A DNA stretch of 36,813 nt from contig CAYZYX010000016.1 in the NCBI GenBank assembly GCA_964482715.1, positions 1 to 36,813 on the forward strand, read 5' to 3'. Shown piece by piece: positions 27,362 through 36,813 of this stretch. The notes under the pieces were generated by a model. The model was not told the DNA's origin and did not search any database. It was given only the letters and a program-made list of their open reading frames with translations. The position numbers and the translations under genes are program-made. Position 1 is the first letter of the stretch. Every line of letters begins with the position of its first letter. The DNA comes from an uncultured Clostridia bacterium (GTDB taxonomy: Bacteria; Aerophobota; Aerophobia; Aerophobales; B3-G15).

Positions 27362-29017
27362 TTATATTTTTAACACCGCACCTTCTGAAGCCGAACCAAC
27401 AAGTTGAGCATAGCGCAAAAGATAACCCTCTTTTACCTTAGGAGGGAGAGGTTTCCATTGCTTTTTTCTTTGCTCAAATACCGATGAAGAAATTTCCAGT
27501 TCTATTTTCCTTGCCGGGATATCAATTAAAATTGGATCACCATCTTCAATTAAAGCAATGGGACCGGCAGCGGCTGCCTCTGGAGATATATGTCCTATGC
27601 AGGGACCTCTTGTTCCTCCTGAAAAACGGCCATCCGTGATGAGAGCTACTTTTTCGGAAAGACCCATTCCAGCAACGGTGGCTGTGGGAGCAAGCATTTC
27701 TCTCATTCCCGGACCTCCCCGTGGACCCTCATATCTTATCACGATTACCTCTCCCGGGCAAATTTCCCGCTTAAAAAGAGCATCAACTGCTTCTTCCTCC
27801 TGATTAAAGACTCTGGCTTTGCCCCGAAAAGTCCGCATAGATTCAGCTACGGCCGACTGCTTAACCACAGCTCCCTCAGGAGCAAGAGAACCCTTAAGAA
27901 TGGCTATACCTCCTTCTTTTCTGTATGGATCATCTAAGCCTCTTATCACCGTAGAGTCCAGAACCTCTGCTTTTTCTGCTATCTCGAGGATTGATTTCCC
28001 TGTCACGGTAAGACAATCAGACAGTACAGGCAACATAACCTTGAGTAGTGCTGGTATTCCACCTGCCCATTCCAGATCTTCCATAAAGTTCTCCCCTCCA
28101 GGTCTTAAATTGACAATTTGTGGGATTTGCCTTCCTACAAGATCAAAATCTTCAAGAGAGAGATTAACTTTTGCCTCCCGGGCAATAGCCAGAAGATGAA
28201 GCACCGTGTTGGTAGAGCCTCCTGTAGCCATATCTACTTTTATGGCATTGATGAAAGCCTCTCTTTTCATTATATCCCGGGGAACAATTTCTTTTTTAAC
28301 AAGCTCTACTATTTTTATTCCGGAATCGTAGGCCAGTCTTCTTTTCTTACTGGAGACAGCCAGAGCAGAGCCTGAGCCGGGCAGACTCATTCCTAAAACT
28401 TCAGTAAGACAAGCCATGGTATTAGCCGTATAAAGACCCTGACAGGAACCTGGTCCAGGACAGGCTTCCATCTCCAGACAGGAAAGGGTCTCCTCATCAA
28501 TTTCACCTTTCTTAAATCTTCCCACAGCTTCAAAAGAATCCCTGACGTAGGAAAGTCTTTTTCCCCTGAATCTTCCTGATAGCATGGGGCCAGCGGTTAC
28601 AACTATGGAGGGAATGTTAAGACGGGCGGCAGCCATAAGCATTCCAGGAGTTATTTTGTCACAGTTGGTTAAAAGAACAACACCATCAAAGCAGTGGGCT
28701 TTGACAACTGACTCAATGGAGTCAGCTATAAGTTCCCTGGAAGGCAGGGAATATCTCATTCCATCATGTCCCATAGCAAGACCATCACATATGGAAGGAA
28801 CACCAAAGACAAAGGGATAGCCACCTGCTGCCTCTACACCCCTTTCGATAAATCTTTCCAGCTCTCTCATCCCGGTATGACCGGGAACAATATCACTAAA
28901 ACTGGAGGCTATACCTATAAATGGCTTTTTTATAGCAGATCTGCTGAAACCGGTGGCATAAAGCAAAGCTCTATGAGGAGTCCTTTCCACTCCTTTTTTG
29001 ATGTTATCGCTTCTCAT
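27362..29017 (-). CDS. ilvD: Dihydroxy-acid dehydratase
   Basis: [49 protein letters not shown]. Confidence 0.97.
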   Translation of the reverse strand: MRSDNIKKGVERTPHRALLYATGFSRSAIKKPFIGIASSFSDIVPGHTGMRELERFIERGVEAAGGYPFVFGVPSICDGLAMGHDGMRYSLPSRELIADSIESVVKAHCFDGVVLLTNCDKITPGMLMAAARLNIPSIVVTAGPMLSGRFRGKRLSYVRDSFEAVGRFKKGEIDEETLSCLEMEACPGPGSCQGLYTANTMACLTEVLGMSLPGSGSALAVSSKKRRLAYDSGIKIVELVKKEIVPRDIMKREAFINAIKVDMATGGSTNTVLHLLAIAREAKVNLSLEDFDLVGRQIPQIVNLRPGGENFMEDLEWAGGIPALLKVMLPVLSDCLTVTGKSILEIAEKAEVLDSTVIRGLDDPYRKEGGIAILKGSLAPEGAVVKQSAVAESMRTFRGKARVFNQEEEAVDALFKREICPGEVIVIRYEGPRGGPGMREMLAPTATVAGMGLSEKVALITDGRFSGGTRGPCIGHISPEAAAAGPIALIEDGDPILIDIPARKIELEISSSVFEQRKKQWKPLPPKVKEGYLLRYAQLVGSASEGAVLKI

Positions 29018-29109
29018 TTATTTTCTCCATTTTAAAAATTAAAATTCCCTCGTCCTCATCTCATCCTTTATCAGGAAGGATTTTTTTCTCTGGCAGGTTT
29101 AAACTGGTT

Positions 29110-29185
29110 TGGTGGAGGCAGGGGGAGTCGAACCCCCGACCTCGTCCACGCCAAGGACGCGCTCTCCCAACTGAGCTATGCCCCC
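29110..29185 (-). tRNA. tRNA-Ala(GGC)
   Basis: GGGGGCA acceptor stem with G3:U70, anticodon arm CGTCC-TTGGCGT-GGACG, GTTCGACTC T-loop, encoded CCA. Confidence 0.96.
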
Positions 29186-29187
29186 CT

Positions 29188-29556
29188 TCAACTTTTTACT
29201 TTCTCTCGAGAAACATCAGTAATTTCCTTTTTTCTGGCATCTGCCCAGAGTCTCTCCAGCTGGTAGTAATCCCGCGCTTCGGGAGAAAATATATGGATAA
29301 CTAAATTACCAAAATCCATAAGGATCCAGCGATCGTTGAAGTAATCTCCCGAATTTAAGAGATTCACACCCTTTTGCTCCAGCTTTTCTTCCAGTTCCCT
29401 GGCAATGGCTCGCATATGCACAGGGGATTCACCGGTACAGATGAGAAAGAAATCTGTAATTATGGAAATATCACTTATGTCTAAGAGAACAATTCTTTGT
29501 GCTTTCTTATCTTCAACTATCTTTGCCGCTTCTAAGGCAAGTTTTTGAGAGGTCAA
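29188..29556 (-). CDS. rsfS: Ribosome silencing factor RsfS
   Basis: DKKA..I..LD......DFF.IC.G.S..H; W.L.D.G....HIF....R.YY.LERLW. Confidence 0.95.
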   Translation of the reverse strand: MTSQKLALEAAKIVEDKKAQRIVLLDISDISIITDFFLICTGESPVHMRAIARELEEKLEQKGVNLLNSGDYFNDRWILMDFGNLVIHIFSPEARDYYQLERLWADARKKEITDVSREKVKS

Positions 29557-29581
29557 ATTCCCTTTTTCCCTCCAGATTTTA

Positions 29582-29609
29582 ATTATATTATAAATTTAGC
29601 TTTGGTCAA
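29582..29609 (-). promoter_or_regulatory. Sigma-70-type promoter for rsfS-tRNA-Ala
   Basis: TTGACC-N16-TATAAT. Confidence 0.6.
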
Positions 29610-29632
29610 GGTAAAATTCCCTTTTTGTTTTT

Positions 29633-30241
29633 CTAAGTTTTGGGTTGATAAAGGTGATTTTTGTATATATATTTTTCCACTGCTTCAGGAACAAGGTATT
29701 TTATAGTTTTCCCTTCTCTTACACGTCTTCTTATCTCAGTAGAGGAAATAGCAAGTGCCGGAACTTCTACAAGATAAGTGGACTTTCTAAACCGGGGATC
29801 TATTTTCTCCCAGGCAAGTTTATAACCAGGTCTTGAAGCAGCTATAAACTTGGCCAGTTTAGGAAGATCCTCTGTTTTATGCCAGGTGGAAATTTCCACT
29901 ATAGCATCAGCACCGGTTATAAAGAACATCTCGGTATCTTTACCGTAAATTTCCCTCAGCTGAAGCAAGGTATCTCGGGTATAAGACTCTCCTCCTCTTT
30001 CTATCTCAATAGCTGATGCGGAAAAGAACTCATTACTTGCTGTGGCAAGAAGAGTCATCATCCACCGATGTTCAGGAGACGCAATCTCATCGTTATCTTT
30101 ATGGGGAGGTTTTCCCGAAGGAACAAAGAGAACCTCATCCAGTTTAAACTCGTCTCTAATTGTCTCCGCTGCCACAAGGTGACCGAGGTGAATGGGGTTG
30201 AAGGTCCCCCCCATCACCCCTAACTTAAAAATTCTCTTCAC
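29633..30241 (-). CDS. nadD: Nicotinate-nucleotide adenylyltransferase
   Basis: [29 protein letters not shown]. Confidence 0.97.
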   Translation of the reverse strand: MKRIFKLGVMGGTFNPIHLGHLVAAETIRDEFKLDEVLFVPSGKPPHKDNDEIASPEHRWMMTLLATASNEFFSASAIEIERGGESYTRDTLLQLREIYGKDTEMFFITGADAIVEISTWHKTEDLPKLAKFIAASRPGYKLAWEKIDPRFRKSTYLVEVPALAISSTEIRRRVREGKTIKYLVPEAVEKYIYKNHLYQPKT

Positions 30242-31779
30242 TTTGCGTATTCTATTGCCCTTAACTCTCTTATTACAGTTACCTTTATCTGACCAGGGTA
30301 ACTTAACTCCTTTTCGATCTTACTGGCAATCTCCCTGGAAAGAAAAGCAGCTTCCTCGTCTGTTATCTTATTGGGTTGAACAATGATTCTGATTTCCCTT
30401 CCAGCCTGAATGGCATAGGCTTTATCCACTCCATCATATGAACCTGCTATCCTCTCCAGAGTTTCTATTCTTTTAAGATAAGCCTCCAGGACTTCCTTTC
30501 TGGCTCCTGGTCTGGCGGCAGAAATAGCGTCCGCAGCCTGAATCAAAACAGCCAGAATCGTTTCCGCAGGCTTTTCTTCATGGTGAGCGGCTATAGCGTG
30601 CACAATTTCGGGACTTTCTCCGTATCTTCTGGCAATATGGGCACCTATAAGAGCATGGGGTCCTTCCATTTCCTGATCCGCTGCTTTACCGATGTCATGT
30701 AAAAGCCCTGCCCTTTTTGCCATACTCTGGGATAAACCTATTTCCGCAGCCATAATTCCAGCTATGTAAGCGACTTCCTTGGAATGTTGAAGAACGTTTT
30801 GTCCATAACTTGTTCGAAATTTAAGTTTTCCCAGAAGGTCTGTAAGCTCTATGGGAAGGTCCGAGATTCCCATGTCAAAGGCGGTTTTTTGCCCTTCCTC
30901 CCGTATGAGCTCCTCAACTTCCTTCCTGGCTTTTTCTACCACCTCTTCAATTCTGGCCGGATGTATCCTGGTATCGGCGATAAGCCTCTCCAGAGATATT
31001 TCGGCTATTTTTCTTCTCAAAGGATCAAAACAGGAAATAGCTACTGCCTCAGGTGTATCATCCACAATAAGGTCCACTCCGGTCAACGCCTCAAACGTCC
31101 TTATATTTCGACCTTCCCTGCCAATAACTCTTCCCTTCATCTCTTCATTAGGAAGAGGAACAATGGAGACCGCTGAATCAGCTACCTGATCGACTGAGCA
31201 GCGCTGTATGGCTGTGGCAATAATCATTCTTGCCTTTTTGTGGGCAACTTCTTTTGCTTCTTTTTCTGCCTGTTGAATTATCTGGGTAGCTTCCTCTCTT
31301 GCCTCCTTCTTTATGTTTTCAAGAAGAAGCTTTTTAGCCTCTTCAGAGGTCATACCGGCTACTTTTTCCAGTTTTAACCGATATTCCTCCTGAAGTTTAT
31401 CTAAATCTTTCTTCTGTCTTTCTATTTCTTGCTTTTGCTTTTGAAGAGTCCGCTCTCTTTTTTCCACCTCCTGAAGACGTTGATCTAACCGTTCTTCTTT
31501 TTCAATGAGTCTCCGGGAGAGTTTCCGCAATTCTTCCCTTCTCTCCTTGCTTTCCCGTTCAAAGGTGACTCTAATTCGGTGGAGTTCTTCTTTTTTCTCC
31601 AGCTCAAATTCTCTTTGACGCTCCTTTATCTGTTTTTCTGCATCAGCTAACTTTTTCTCTGCCTCAGCAAGGAGAGAATTTACCTTGACCCTGTTCAAAA
31701 GGGTAGCAATAAACCATCCAGCACCTACACCTGCAATTATGTATATTATGGAAAAAATTATCGTTGTAATCACTATCAC
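30238..31779 (-). CDS. rny: Ribonuclease Y
   Basis: N-terminal TM, coiled coil, KH domain ([14 protein letters not shown]), HD domain ([18 protein letters not shown]), ARPGAR. Confidence 0.98.
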   Translation of the reverse strand: MIVITTIIFSIIYIIAGVGAGWFIATLLNRVKVNSLLAEAEKKLADAEKQIKERQREFELEKKEELHRIRVTFERESKERREELRKLSRRLIEKEERLDQRLQEVEKRERTLQKQKQEIERQKKDLDKLQEEYRLKLEKVAGMTSEEAKKLLLENIKKEAREEATQIIQQAEKEAKEVAHKKARMIIATAIQRCSVDQVADSAVSIVPLPNEEMKGRVIGREGRNIRTFEALTGVDLIVDDTPEAVAISCFDPLRRKIAEISLERLIADTRIHPARIEEVVEKARKEVEELIREEGQKTAFDMGISDLPIELTDLLGKLKFRTSYGQNVLQHSKEVAYIAGIMAAEIGLSQSMAKRAGLLHDIGKAADQEMEGPHALIGAHIARRYGESPEIVHAIAAHHEEKPAETILAVLIQAADAISAARPGARKEVLEAYLKRIETLERIAGSYDGVDKAYAIQAGREIRIIVQPNKITDEEAAFLSREIASKIEKELSYPGQIKVTVIRELRAIEYAK

Positions 31780-31894
31780 CCCCTGTTGATTTCAAAGATC
31801 AAATTTATGTAAATTCACCGATTACTGTCATTTTTAATGGTTTTACTGTGGTTATACCATTATTTTCAATAATTTTTACACCACTCTATGTGAA

Positions 31895-31923
31895 AAGATA
31901 CAAAACTCCGAGAGATTTGTCAA
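31895..31923 (-). promoter_or_regulatory. Sigma-70-type promoter upstream of rny
   Basis: TTGACA-N17-TATCTT. Confidence 0.55.
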
Positions 31924-32014
31924 GAAAGCTGAACCTCAGGTTGGGAAAGTTTTTACCTGTACCTTTCTCTTCAGGCTCCCGGGTATCTCAGGGTAAATTG
32001 AGGGGGAAATATTC

Positions 32015-32076
32015 CCCGCTGGCGTAGCTTCGCTCGTTGCTCCCCGGGGCAAAAAGATGCCTTCGCACAGGTTTTA
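32015..32076. repeat. Dispersed ~63-bp repeat, copy 2
   Basis: Diverged copy of 10238-10302 in the same orientation. Confidence 0.75.
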
Positions 32077-32090
32077 GCAGGGATATGTCC

Positions 32091-33122
32091 TTATTTGTTT
32101 TCAGTTTGTTTTTTACTTTCTCTGTTAACAAATTGTTGTAGTTCAACCAATGATTTCAAATCAGATACTCCTCCCAGTGCTTTGGCAGCAAGATCCTGAA
32201 CCTTTTGATAAGCCGCCTCCAGCTGCTGAAGTAATCTGGCAATTTGTTCGCTCTGTTCTTTTGTTTTTCTCTCTAACATTTCAATCTTTGCCTGAAGAAC
32301 ATTTCGTTCCCCTTCAAATGCTTTTCTCAATAGAGCTTCTCTATTTTCGGCTTCCTGGCGCATCTTCTGCTGGGTTTCTTTTACCGCCCTGTTTACTGCT
32401 AATTCCATTTCCTTAGGAAAAGCATCGACCTTCTTTTTTAGCTGGTTAAACTCTTCTTCTCTCTGGCTGATAGCCCTTTCTCTTTCTGCCAGTTCTCTCT
32501 CAACAGACTCCCTTTTAAGGTGAAGTTCTTTGTCCAATTTTGCCTTCTCATCTTCAAACTTGTCTCTTGCCAGTTTTTGTTCTCGCTCCAAATTATAGGT
32601 ATATTCTTCCTGTTCTCGCTGCACTTTTCTTTTCTCACTTTCCCATTGTGTTTTTAGCTGCTGAATCTCCTTTTCTAATTCTTCCTTTCTATTTCTCATC
32701 TCTTCTTCGAACTCTTTCTTCTTCTGAGAATGAGCCTCTATCAAAGCAGTTAGGGTATGAGCGGCTTTTTCTATTTCGTAAATTTCTTTAAGTTCAGCTT
32801 TTTTAACCTCAATGGCCTCTTTGATTTTTTGATACTCACCAACTTGATTTTCCAGTTTTTCTGAGAGCTGGGTAAGCATCTTCCCGATTTCTAACCTTAA
32901 GTCATTTATTTTTCTCATAACACCTTCGGAAGACAGTGTATCAACTGCGTCTACAACTTCTCTGTTCTTTTTTTCGGCTATTTTCCTCTCCGGTTTTAAC
33001 TCAGCTTCTTCTTTTTCCTGAAGCTTTCTTAAAAGTTCGTTGTAAGCTTCCAGCATCTCCTTTTTGGTGCTTGCCATGGATATTTTTCTGGGTCTTTGTT
33101 CTTTCTTTTTGCCGTTTGCCAT
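32091..33122 (-). CDS. Long coiled-coil hypothetical protein
   Basis: 343 aa, nearly all E/K/R/Q/L heptads, no TM; SD AAGGGAGG. Confidence 0.85.
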   Translation of the reverse strand: MANGKKKEQRPRKISMASTKKEMLEAYNELLRKLQEKEEAELKPERKIAEKKNREVVDAVDTLSSEGVMRKINDLRLEIGKMLTQLSEKLENQVGEYQKIKEAIEVKKAELKEIYEIEKAAHTLTALIEAHSQKKKEFEEEMRNRKEELEKEIQQLKTQWESEKRKVQREQEEYTYNLEREQKLARDKFEDEKAKLDKELHLKRESVERELAERERAISQREEEFNQLKKKVDAFPKEMELAVNRAVKETQQKMRQEAENREALLRKAFEGERNVLQAKIEMLERKTKEQSEQIARLLQQLEAAYQKVQDLAAKALGGVSDLKSLVELQQFVNRESKKQTENK

Positions 33123-33250
33123 AATCTTATCCTCCCTTCATTAAAATTATACAAAAAACTTATGTGGTATTTATTATTTCAAAGTGGAACTTCTTAAAAG
33201 AAGTCATAGTGTCAAACTGATATTTTTCTGAAAGACAATTTAAAGTTTCT

Positions 33251-34504
33251 TTATCCCAGCCACCATAAAGGCACAAAGCAAATATTTCCTTTTTCAGAAA
33301 AATTTCCTGCATAGGCTACATAACCTTTTTGCAATCTGTAGTAATCCATAAAGGTGTAAAGAGCACGAGACGGTTTTCCAGACCTATTTACCTCAACAGG
33401 ATAAAGCCTTCCCGCGTGCTCCAGTATAAAATCTACTTCAGCCTTATTTTGTGTGCGCCAGAAGTACAATTTCACCTCCTCCCCTTTTTTCTTTAAACCA
33501 GAAAATGTAATAGCTTCCAGCAAAGCACCAATATCCTCTCTTTCCTCTGTAAAATAAAAATTGCTCCCTATCAGGTAATTCCGCAAACCGTTGTCTAAAA
33601 AATATACCTTATGAGTCTTCACCACTTCTTTTTTTTTGTTAGTAAAATAGGGAGGTAAAAGCTCTATAAGGTAAGTGTTCTCCAGAACCGTTACATATTG
33701 GGAGATTAAGTATCGAGGTATCCCCGCAGCAGAGGATAAAGAATTGACGTTAAGCAAGTTTGCTGAGTTAATGGCTAATAATTTAACTAACCTGTTAAAT
33801 TTTGCCACATCCTCTATTTGAAAAAGGCTACGAATATCTTTTAATATATAGGAGATTACTATTTCCTCTAAAACTTTTTTCTTCAGCTCCAGATCTTTAG
33901 CCATAGCCACACGAGGATAACCTCCAAAAATGACAAACTCAAGAAAATACCTTTTATACTCCTCAAGGAAAAAGTGAGTTTTATCTTCTCCCGAAAAATA
34001 CAGAAAAGAGCGTTGAGGAAGAAGCTTTGCCAAATCCTCCCTTTCTTTGAAAATTAAAAATTCATAAAAGTTTAACGGATAAAGATGAAAGATGAATTTC
34101 CTCCCCACCATGCTCTCTTTAAATTTCTTTTTTATCTCAAGGCTTGATGACCCGCTTACGATTAATTTAACCCGGGAAGAGTAATGATCCACCATAAGTT
34201 TGATGAATTTAGCTGGCTCCGAAAGATAATGTATCTCATCAATAAAAACTACGTTTCTTTTTTTTCTACTTGCTCCTTGAATTTCCAGAAATTGTAGAAA
34301 TTCCTCACAACCAGCCTCAACTTTTTCCAAATCCTGGGGTTTTTCCAGATCAAAATAAAAACAGGGAAATTCTTTCTCAATTCTTGATTTTATGCGAAGC
34401 ATCAGGCAGGTTTTTCCTACCTGCCTTGCTCCTAAAATGATAAGAGCCTCTTTTTCGGGAAGATATCTTAAAATTTCTCTTTCTAATAAACGAGGATATA
34501 ACAT
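33251..34504 (-). CDS. AAA_14 ATPase with DUF4143 domain
   Basis: GARQVGKT, FIDEIH, SGSSS, GRK....L.PLNF.EF, FGGYP, K.YF.DNGLRN, YFWRT....EVDFI......P.EV. Confidence 0.93.
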   Translation of the reverse strand: MLYPRLLEREILRYLPEKEALIILGARQVGKTCLMLRIKSRIEKEFPCFYFDLEKPQDLEKVEAGCEEFLQFLEIQGASRKKRNVVFIDEIHYLSEPAKFIKLMVDHYSSRVKLIVSGSSSLEIKKKFKESMVGRKFIFHLYPLNFYEFLIFKEREDLAKLLPQRSFLYFSGEDKTHFFLEEYKRYFLEFVIFGGYPRVAMAKDLELKKKVLEEIVISYILKDIRSLFQIEDVAKFNRLVKLLAINSANLLNVNSLSSAAGIPRYLISQYVTVLENTYLIELLPPYFTNKKKEVVKTHKVYFLDNGLRNYLIGSNFYFTEEREDIGALLEAITFSGLKKKGEEVKLYFWRTQNKAEVDFILEHAGRLYPVEVNRSGKPSRALYTFMDYYRLQKGYVAYAGNFSEKGNICFVPLWWLG

Positions 34505-34513
34505 TTCAGTTAA

Positions 34514-34568
34514 ATTGTATAATAACCAGGTTATTTGTCAATATTTTGTAAAAATAACCTGGTTATTT
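34514..34568 (-). promoter_or_regulatory. Promoter with two palindromic operators
   Basis: TTGACA-N16-TACAAT (34541-34514). AATAACC-W-GGTTATT palindromes in the spacer (34521-34535) and upstream (34553-34567). Confidence 0.8.
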
Positions 34569-34851
34569 CTCTAATTTTTATAGCAAGCTTTTACAAACCG
34601 GAGTATCTTGAAGCTCGCTCAGTAATTTCAACTTTTCGGTGCGATGAAATCATGCAAAAATATCTATGTATCTTTTCTCTCTTACCAATATAACTTTTTT
34701 ATCCAACCATCTTTGAAGAAGATGTCATTTCTTGAATTTTTTCTTTTTAAAAATAATCTTGAATACCAGATATTGAGGTCTCTAAGGAGTATTGTCATTT
34801 AATCCCCCTTTGTTATAATTGTAAGCGCCTGGCAGGGACAGATCATATACA

Positions 34852-35325
34852 GTGAGGAAAAGCGTTAAAGAGGTGACAGAATTGATAATATCAAGAGGTA
34901 ATCTGGGGGTAAAGATTACAAAAGATATGGAACAAAAAATAGCAGGAATTGGCAAAAAATACAAACTGAGGTTAGCTGTGATTTATGGCTCTTATGCAAA
35001 AGATAAAAGTCATAAGGCAAGCGATCTTGATATTGCGGTTTTAGGCAAGAAAGAATTGGATTTTAAAACTGTTCTGGAACTTTATTCTGAATTTAGCGAT
35101 GTTTTCAGGGGCAAGGAGATTGACATAAAGTCACTTCACCGGGTTGACCCGTTTTTTCGCTACCAGGTAATGCGAGACAGCATTCTTATCTATGGAGAGC
35201 CTCTTGAATATCATAACTTCAAAGCTTATGCTTTCCGAGCCTATATGGATTCCAGGGACTTATTGCGTCTGGAACAAATAATGTCTCAAAAAACTATTTC
35301 CTATTTGAGAGAATCACATGCTTGA
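34852..35325 (+). CDS. Minimal nucleotidyltransferase (MntA-like antitoxin)
   Basis: IYGSYAK......SDLDIAV (GSx10DxD) and EIDI. The start may be later, e.g. ATG at 34927. Confidence 0.88.
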   Translation: MRKSVKEVTELIISRGNLGVKITKDMEQKIAGIGKKYKLRLAVIYGSYAKDKSHKASDLDIAVLGKKELDFKTVLELYSEFSDVFRGKEIDIKSLHRVDPFFRYQVMRDSILIYGEPLEYHNFKAYAFRAYMDSRDLLRLEQIMSQKTISYLRESHA

Positions 35326-35449
35326 TGTAGAATTTATTCAACGAAAAATTAACCTGATTAGAGAAGACCTTATCAAATTAGAAAACTTTAAGGGTGTTAC
35401 CTTTGATGAATTATCAAAAGATTGGCTAAAGTGGAATGCCCTGGAACAT
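35318..35449 (+). pseudogene. Truncated HEPN/DUF86 toxin (N-terminus only)
   Basis: MLDVEFIQRKINLIREDLIKL..F...TFDE...D.....ALEH, overlapping the MNT stop. It then reads into the antisense of an ATPase remnant and has no Rx4H motif. Confidence 0.7.
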
Positions 35450-35464
35450 ACAAAAACCTTTAGT

Positions 35465-35713
35465 AAGAACCAGTGCTCTTTTATCAGGACGAAAAGCGAG
35501 CTCGTTAAAGCTATCAATAATGTAATTTCGAAAACCCATATCCATGAAATATAGTTTTGGATTTTTCTTTAGCTCCGTTGTTCTACCGGCAATGTAGATT
35601 TCATAGATATTTTTAAGAATTATCCGTTTGGTTTCCATATCTTCTGCTTTCACCACTTCTGGATAACCTCCAAACAGAGCATATTCTTCAAAATACCTTT
35701 CAAAATCACTTAT
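35465..35713 (-). pseudogene. Remnant of a second AAA/DUF4143 ATPase
   Basis: FEEYALFGGYPEVV...KRIILKNIYEIYI is joined directly to ELKKNPKLYFMDMGFRNY...D..AL. It is colinear with 33251-34504 but lacks both ends and about 67 internal aa. Confidence 0.8.
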
Positions 35714-35866
35714 CTTGCTCCTATTTCCCCCTTTTCTTTTTCACAAAATCCTGGCCGGTTGACAGCTATCAAATTAAGCCCCCGGGTCAGTTTCTCTCGG
35801 TTTTTTGTGCTAAAATAACTCATCACGGGATGTGTCTGAAAATACAGTTGCAGGCAGGGATACAGG

Positions 35867-36670
35867 TTAAATGTATCTTGAAAGAAATTTAAAAATCTTC
35901 TCATAGATGGGTCTTGAGTTCCTGATGAATTCTTTAATTGTTTTATAAAGAATATCCAGGTACTCGTGAGATAAAATATTCCTTAGTCTTGCAAAAGTTG
36001 AAAATTTTTCTGCTTCTTTTTCTTCCAGCCCTATAAGAAATCCAAACTTTAAAAGAGATTCCTGATAGGTTCGGGGCATCTCTCTTTTTTCGGAAGCCAA
36101 AATTATTTTAGAAATATCAATAGTAGCATTTATGATATTTTCGGCCCATCTCTCTATATTTCTTCTTTTCACTTTATCCTTTTGATATTCTTGAAAGGTT
36201 AAATTTTCAAAATCATCAATGTCTTTAAATTCATTTTCTAAAAACTGAATTCTCTCAATTAACCTTGTTTTATCCTCTGGGGTCAAAGACCTGCTTCTTT
36301 GATAAATATCCCGATAACTTTTTGCAAATTCATAAAAATCTTCAGCTTCAGAGGTCTTTGCAAGATACATATCCCAGAATAGATTTCTGTCCTTAATTAC
36401 AAGAGGGATCCCTGTTTTAAATATGTTTGAAATTAAGCTTGCGGGAGCGGTGTTGATGAGAACTAAGTCAACTTCTCTATCAGTAATCCTGCTTAATTTT
36501 GCCCAGATTTCGCCTTCTTTTTTTTCATCCTTCAGATACACTCCAATATCTATATCTGAATCCTCCCCGGAAATTCCTTTAGCCCATGATCCAAAAATAA
36601 AGGCTAAAATTACATTTTCCTCTTTTTTAAAATATTTTCTTAAGTACTCGAAAAGTCGCTTTTCAACCAT
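35867..36670 (-). CDS. Fused nucleotidyltransferase (MNT)-HEPN/DUF86 protein
   Basis: N-half FIFGSWAKG.....SDIDIGVY...EVDLV; C-half IERW.ENII.A.IDI...P.TY...RNILSHEY (Rx4HxY). Confidence 0.9.
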   Translation of the reverse strand: MVEKRLFEYLRKYFKKEENVILAFIFGSWAKGISGEDSDIDIGVYLKDEKKEGEIWAKLSRITDREVDLVLINTAPASLISNIFKTGIPLVIKDRNLFWDMYLAKTSEAEDFYEFAKSYRDIYQRSRSLTPEDKTRLIERIQFLENEFKDIDDFENLTFQEYQKDKVKRRNIERWAENIINATIDISKIILASEKREMPRTYQESLLKFGFLIGLEEKEAEKFSTFARLRNILSHEYLDILYKTIKEFIRNSRPIYEKIFKFLSRYI

Positions 36671-36813
36671 TTTCTTCAGTCTTTCTTACAGGGTCTTAAG
36701 GTCCTCTTCATTCAAAGTTTTTTCCATTACACAGGAACCTTTAACCGCCTGAAAGGTAATTTGATCCGTTTTATATAATTAGTGCCCGCTTTCATTATAA
36801 CTCTTTTTTACCC

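Noticed and set aside
27558-29035. Plus-strand ORFs antisense to ilvD (and similar shadow ORFs across the window)
   Set aside because: They fully overlap well-supported genes on the opposite strand and show no motifs.
29018-29109. T-box or attenuator upstream of ilvD
   Set aside because: Only about 90 bp; no T-box consensus or leader peptide seen.
34590-34800. Possible decayed N-terminus of a third AAA ATPase (MTILLRDLNIWY… / HLLQRWLDKK)
   Set aside because: The resemblance is weak and needs frameshifts; not supportable without an alignment.
1-36813. CRISPR array, integrase/transposase, prophage or rRNA
   Set aside because: No regularly spaced repeats or recognisable genes of these classes. 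Both tRNAs are flanked by core genes with no att-like duplication seen.

Overview
Bacterial chromosomal window from a low-GC lineage that I cannot assign taxonomically from sequence alone. It has four parts. (1) 68-7951, minus strand: a self-contained sigma-54 regulatory cassette. It encodes a divergent, shortened RpoN, a membrane-anchored TPR + PhnD-type binding protein, a PrsK-like HAMP/GAF histidine kinase with a C-terminal tandem MshEN (c-di-GMP-binding) motif, and a PrsR/NtrC-like enhancer-binding protein. A well-spaced -24/-12 promoter lies about 20 bp past the regulator's stop, ahead of an unannotated 53-aa ORF, two more small ORFs and a PapD/DUF916-like exported protein. (2) 8140-10302: a small toxin-antitoxin islet (hicB, internally deleted hicA, SAM methyltransferase, HEPN remnant, phd-relE). 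(3) 10472-31779: housekeeping genes recO, sigma-70, ychF, rpsF-ssb-rpsR-rplI on the plus strand. On the minus strand are rny-nadD-rsfS-tRNA-Ala-ilvD-hisC-cmk-plsC-ispH-rpsA-plsY-HU-MerR-tRNA-Pro-trpS-secD-secF-murG-murC. SecF carries an apparently circularly permuted ComEA-like helix-hairpin-helix insert. This block is flanked by two diverged copies of a ~63-bp repeat. (4) 32091-36813: a second accessory islet with a coiled-coil protein, an AAA/DUF4143 ATPase with twin palindromic operators, an MNT gene with a truncated HEPN partner, an ATPase remnant and a single-chain MNT-HEPN fusion. All calls come from motif recognition by eye; no searches were run.
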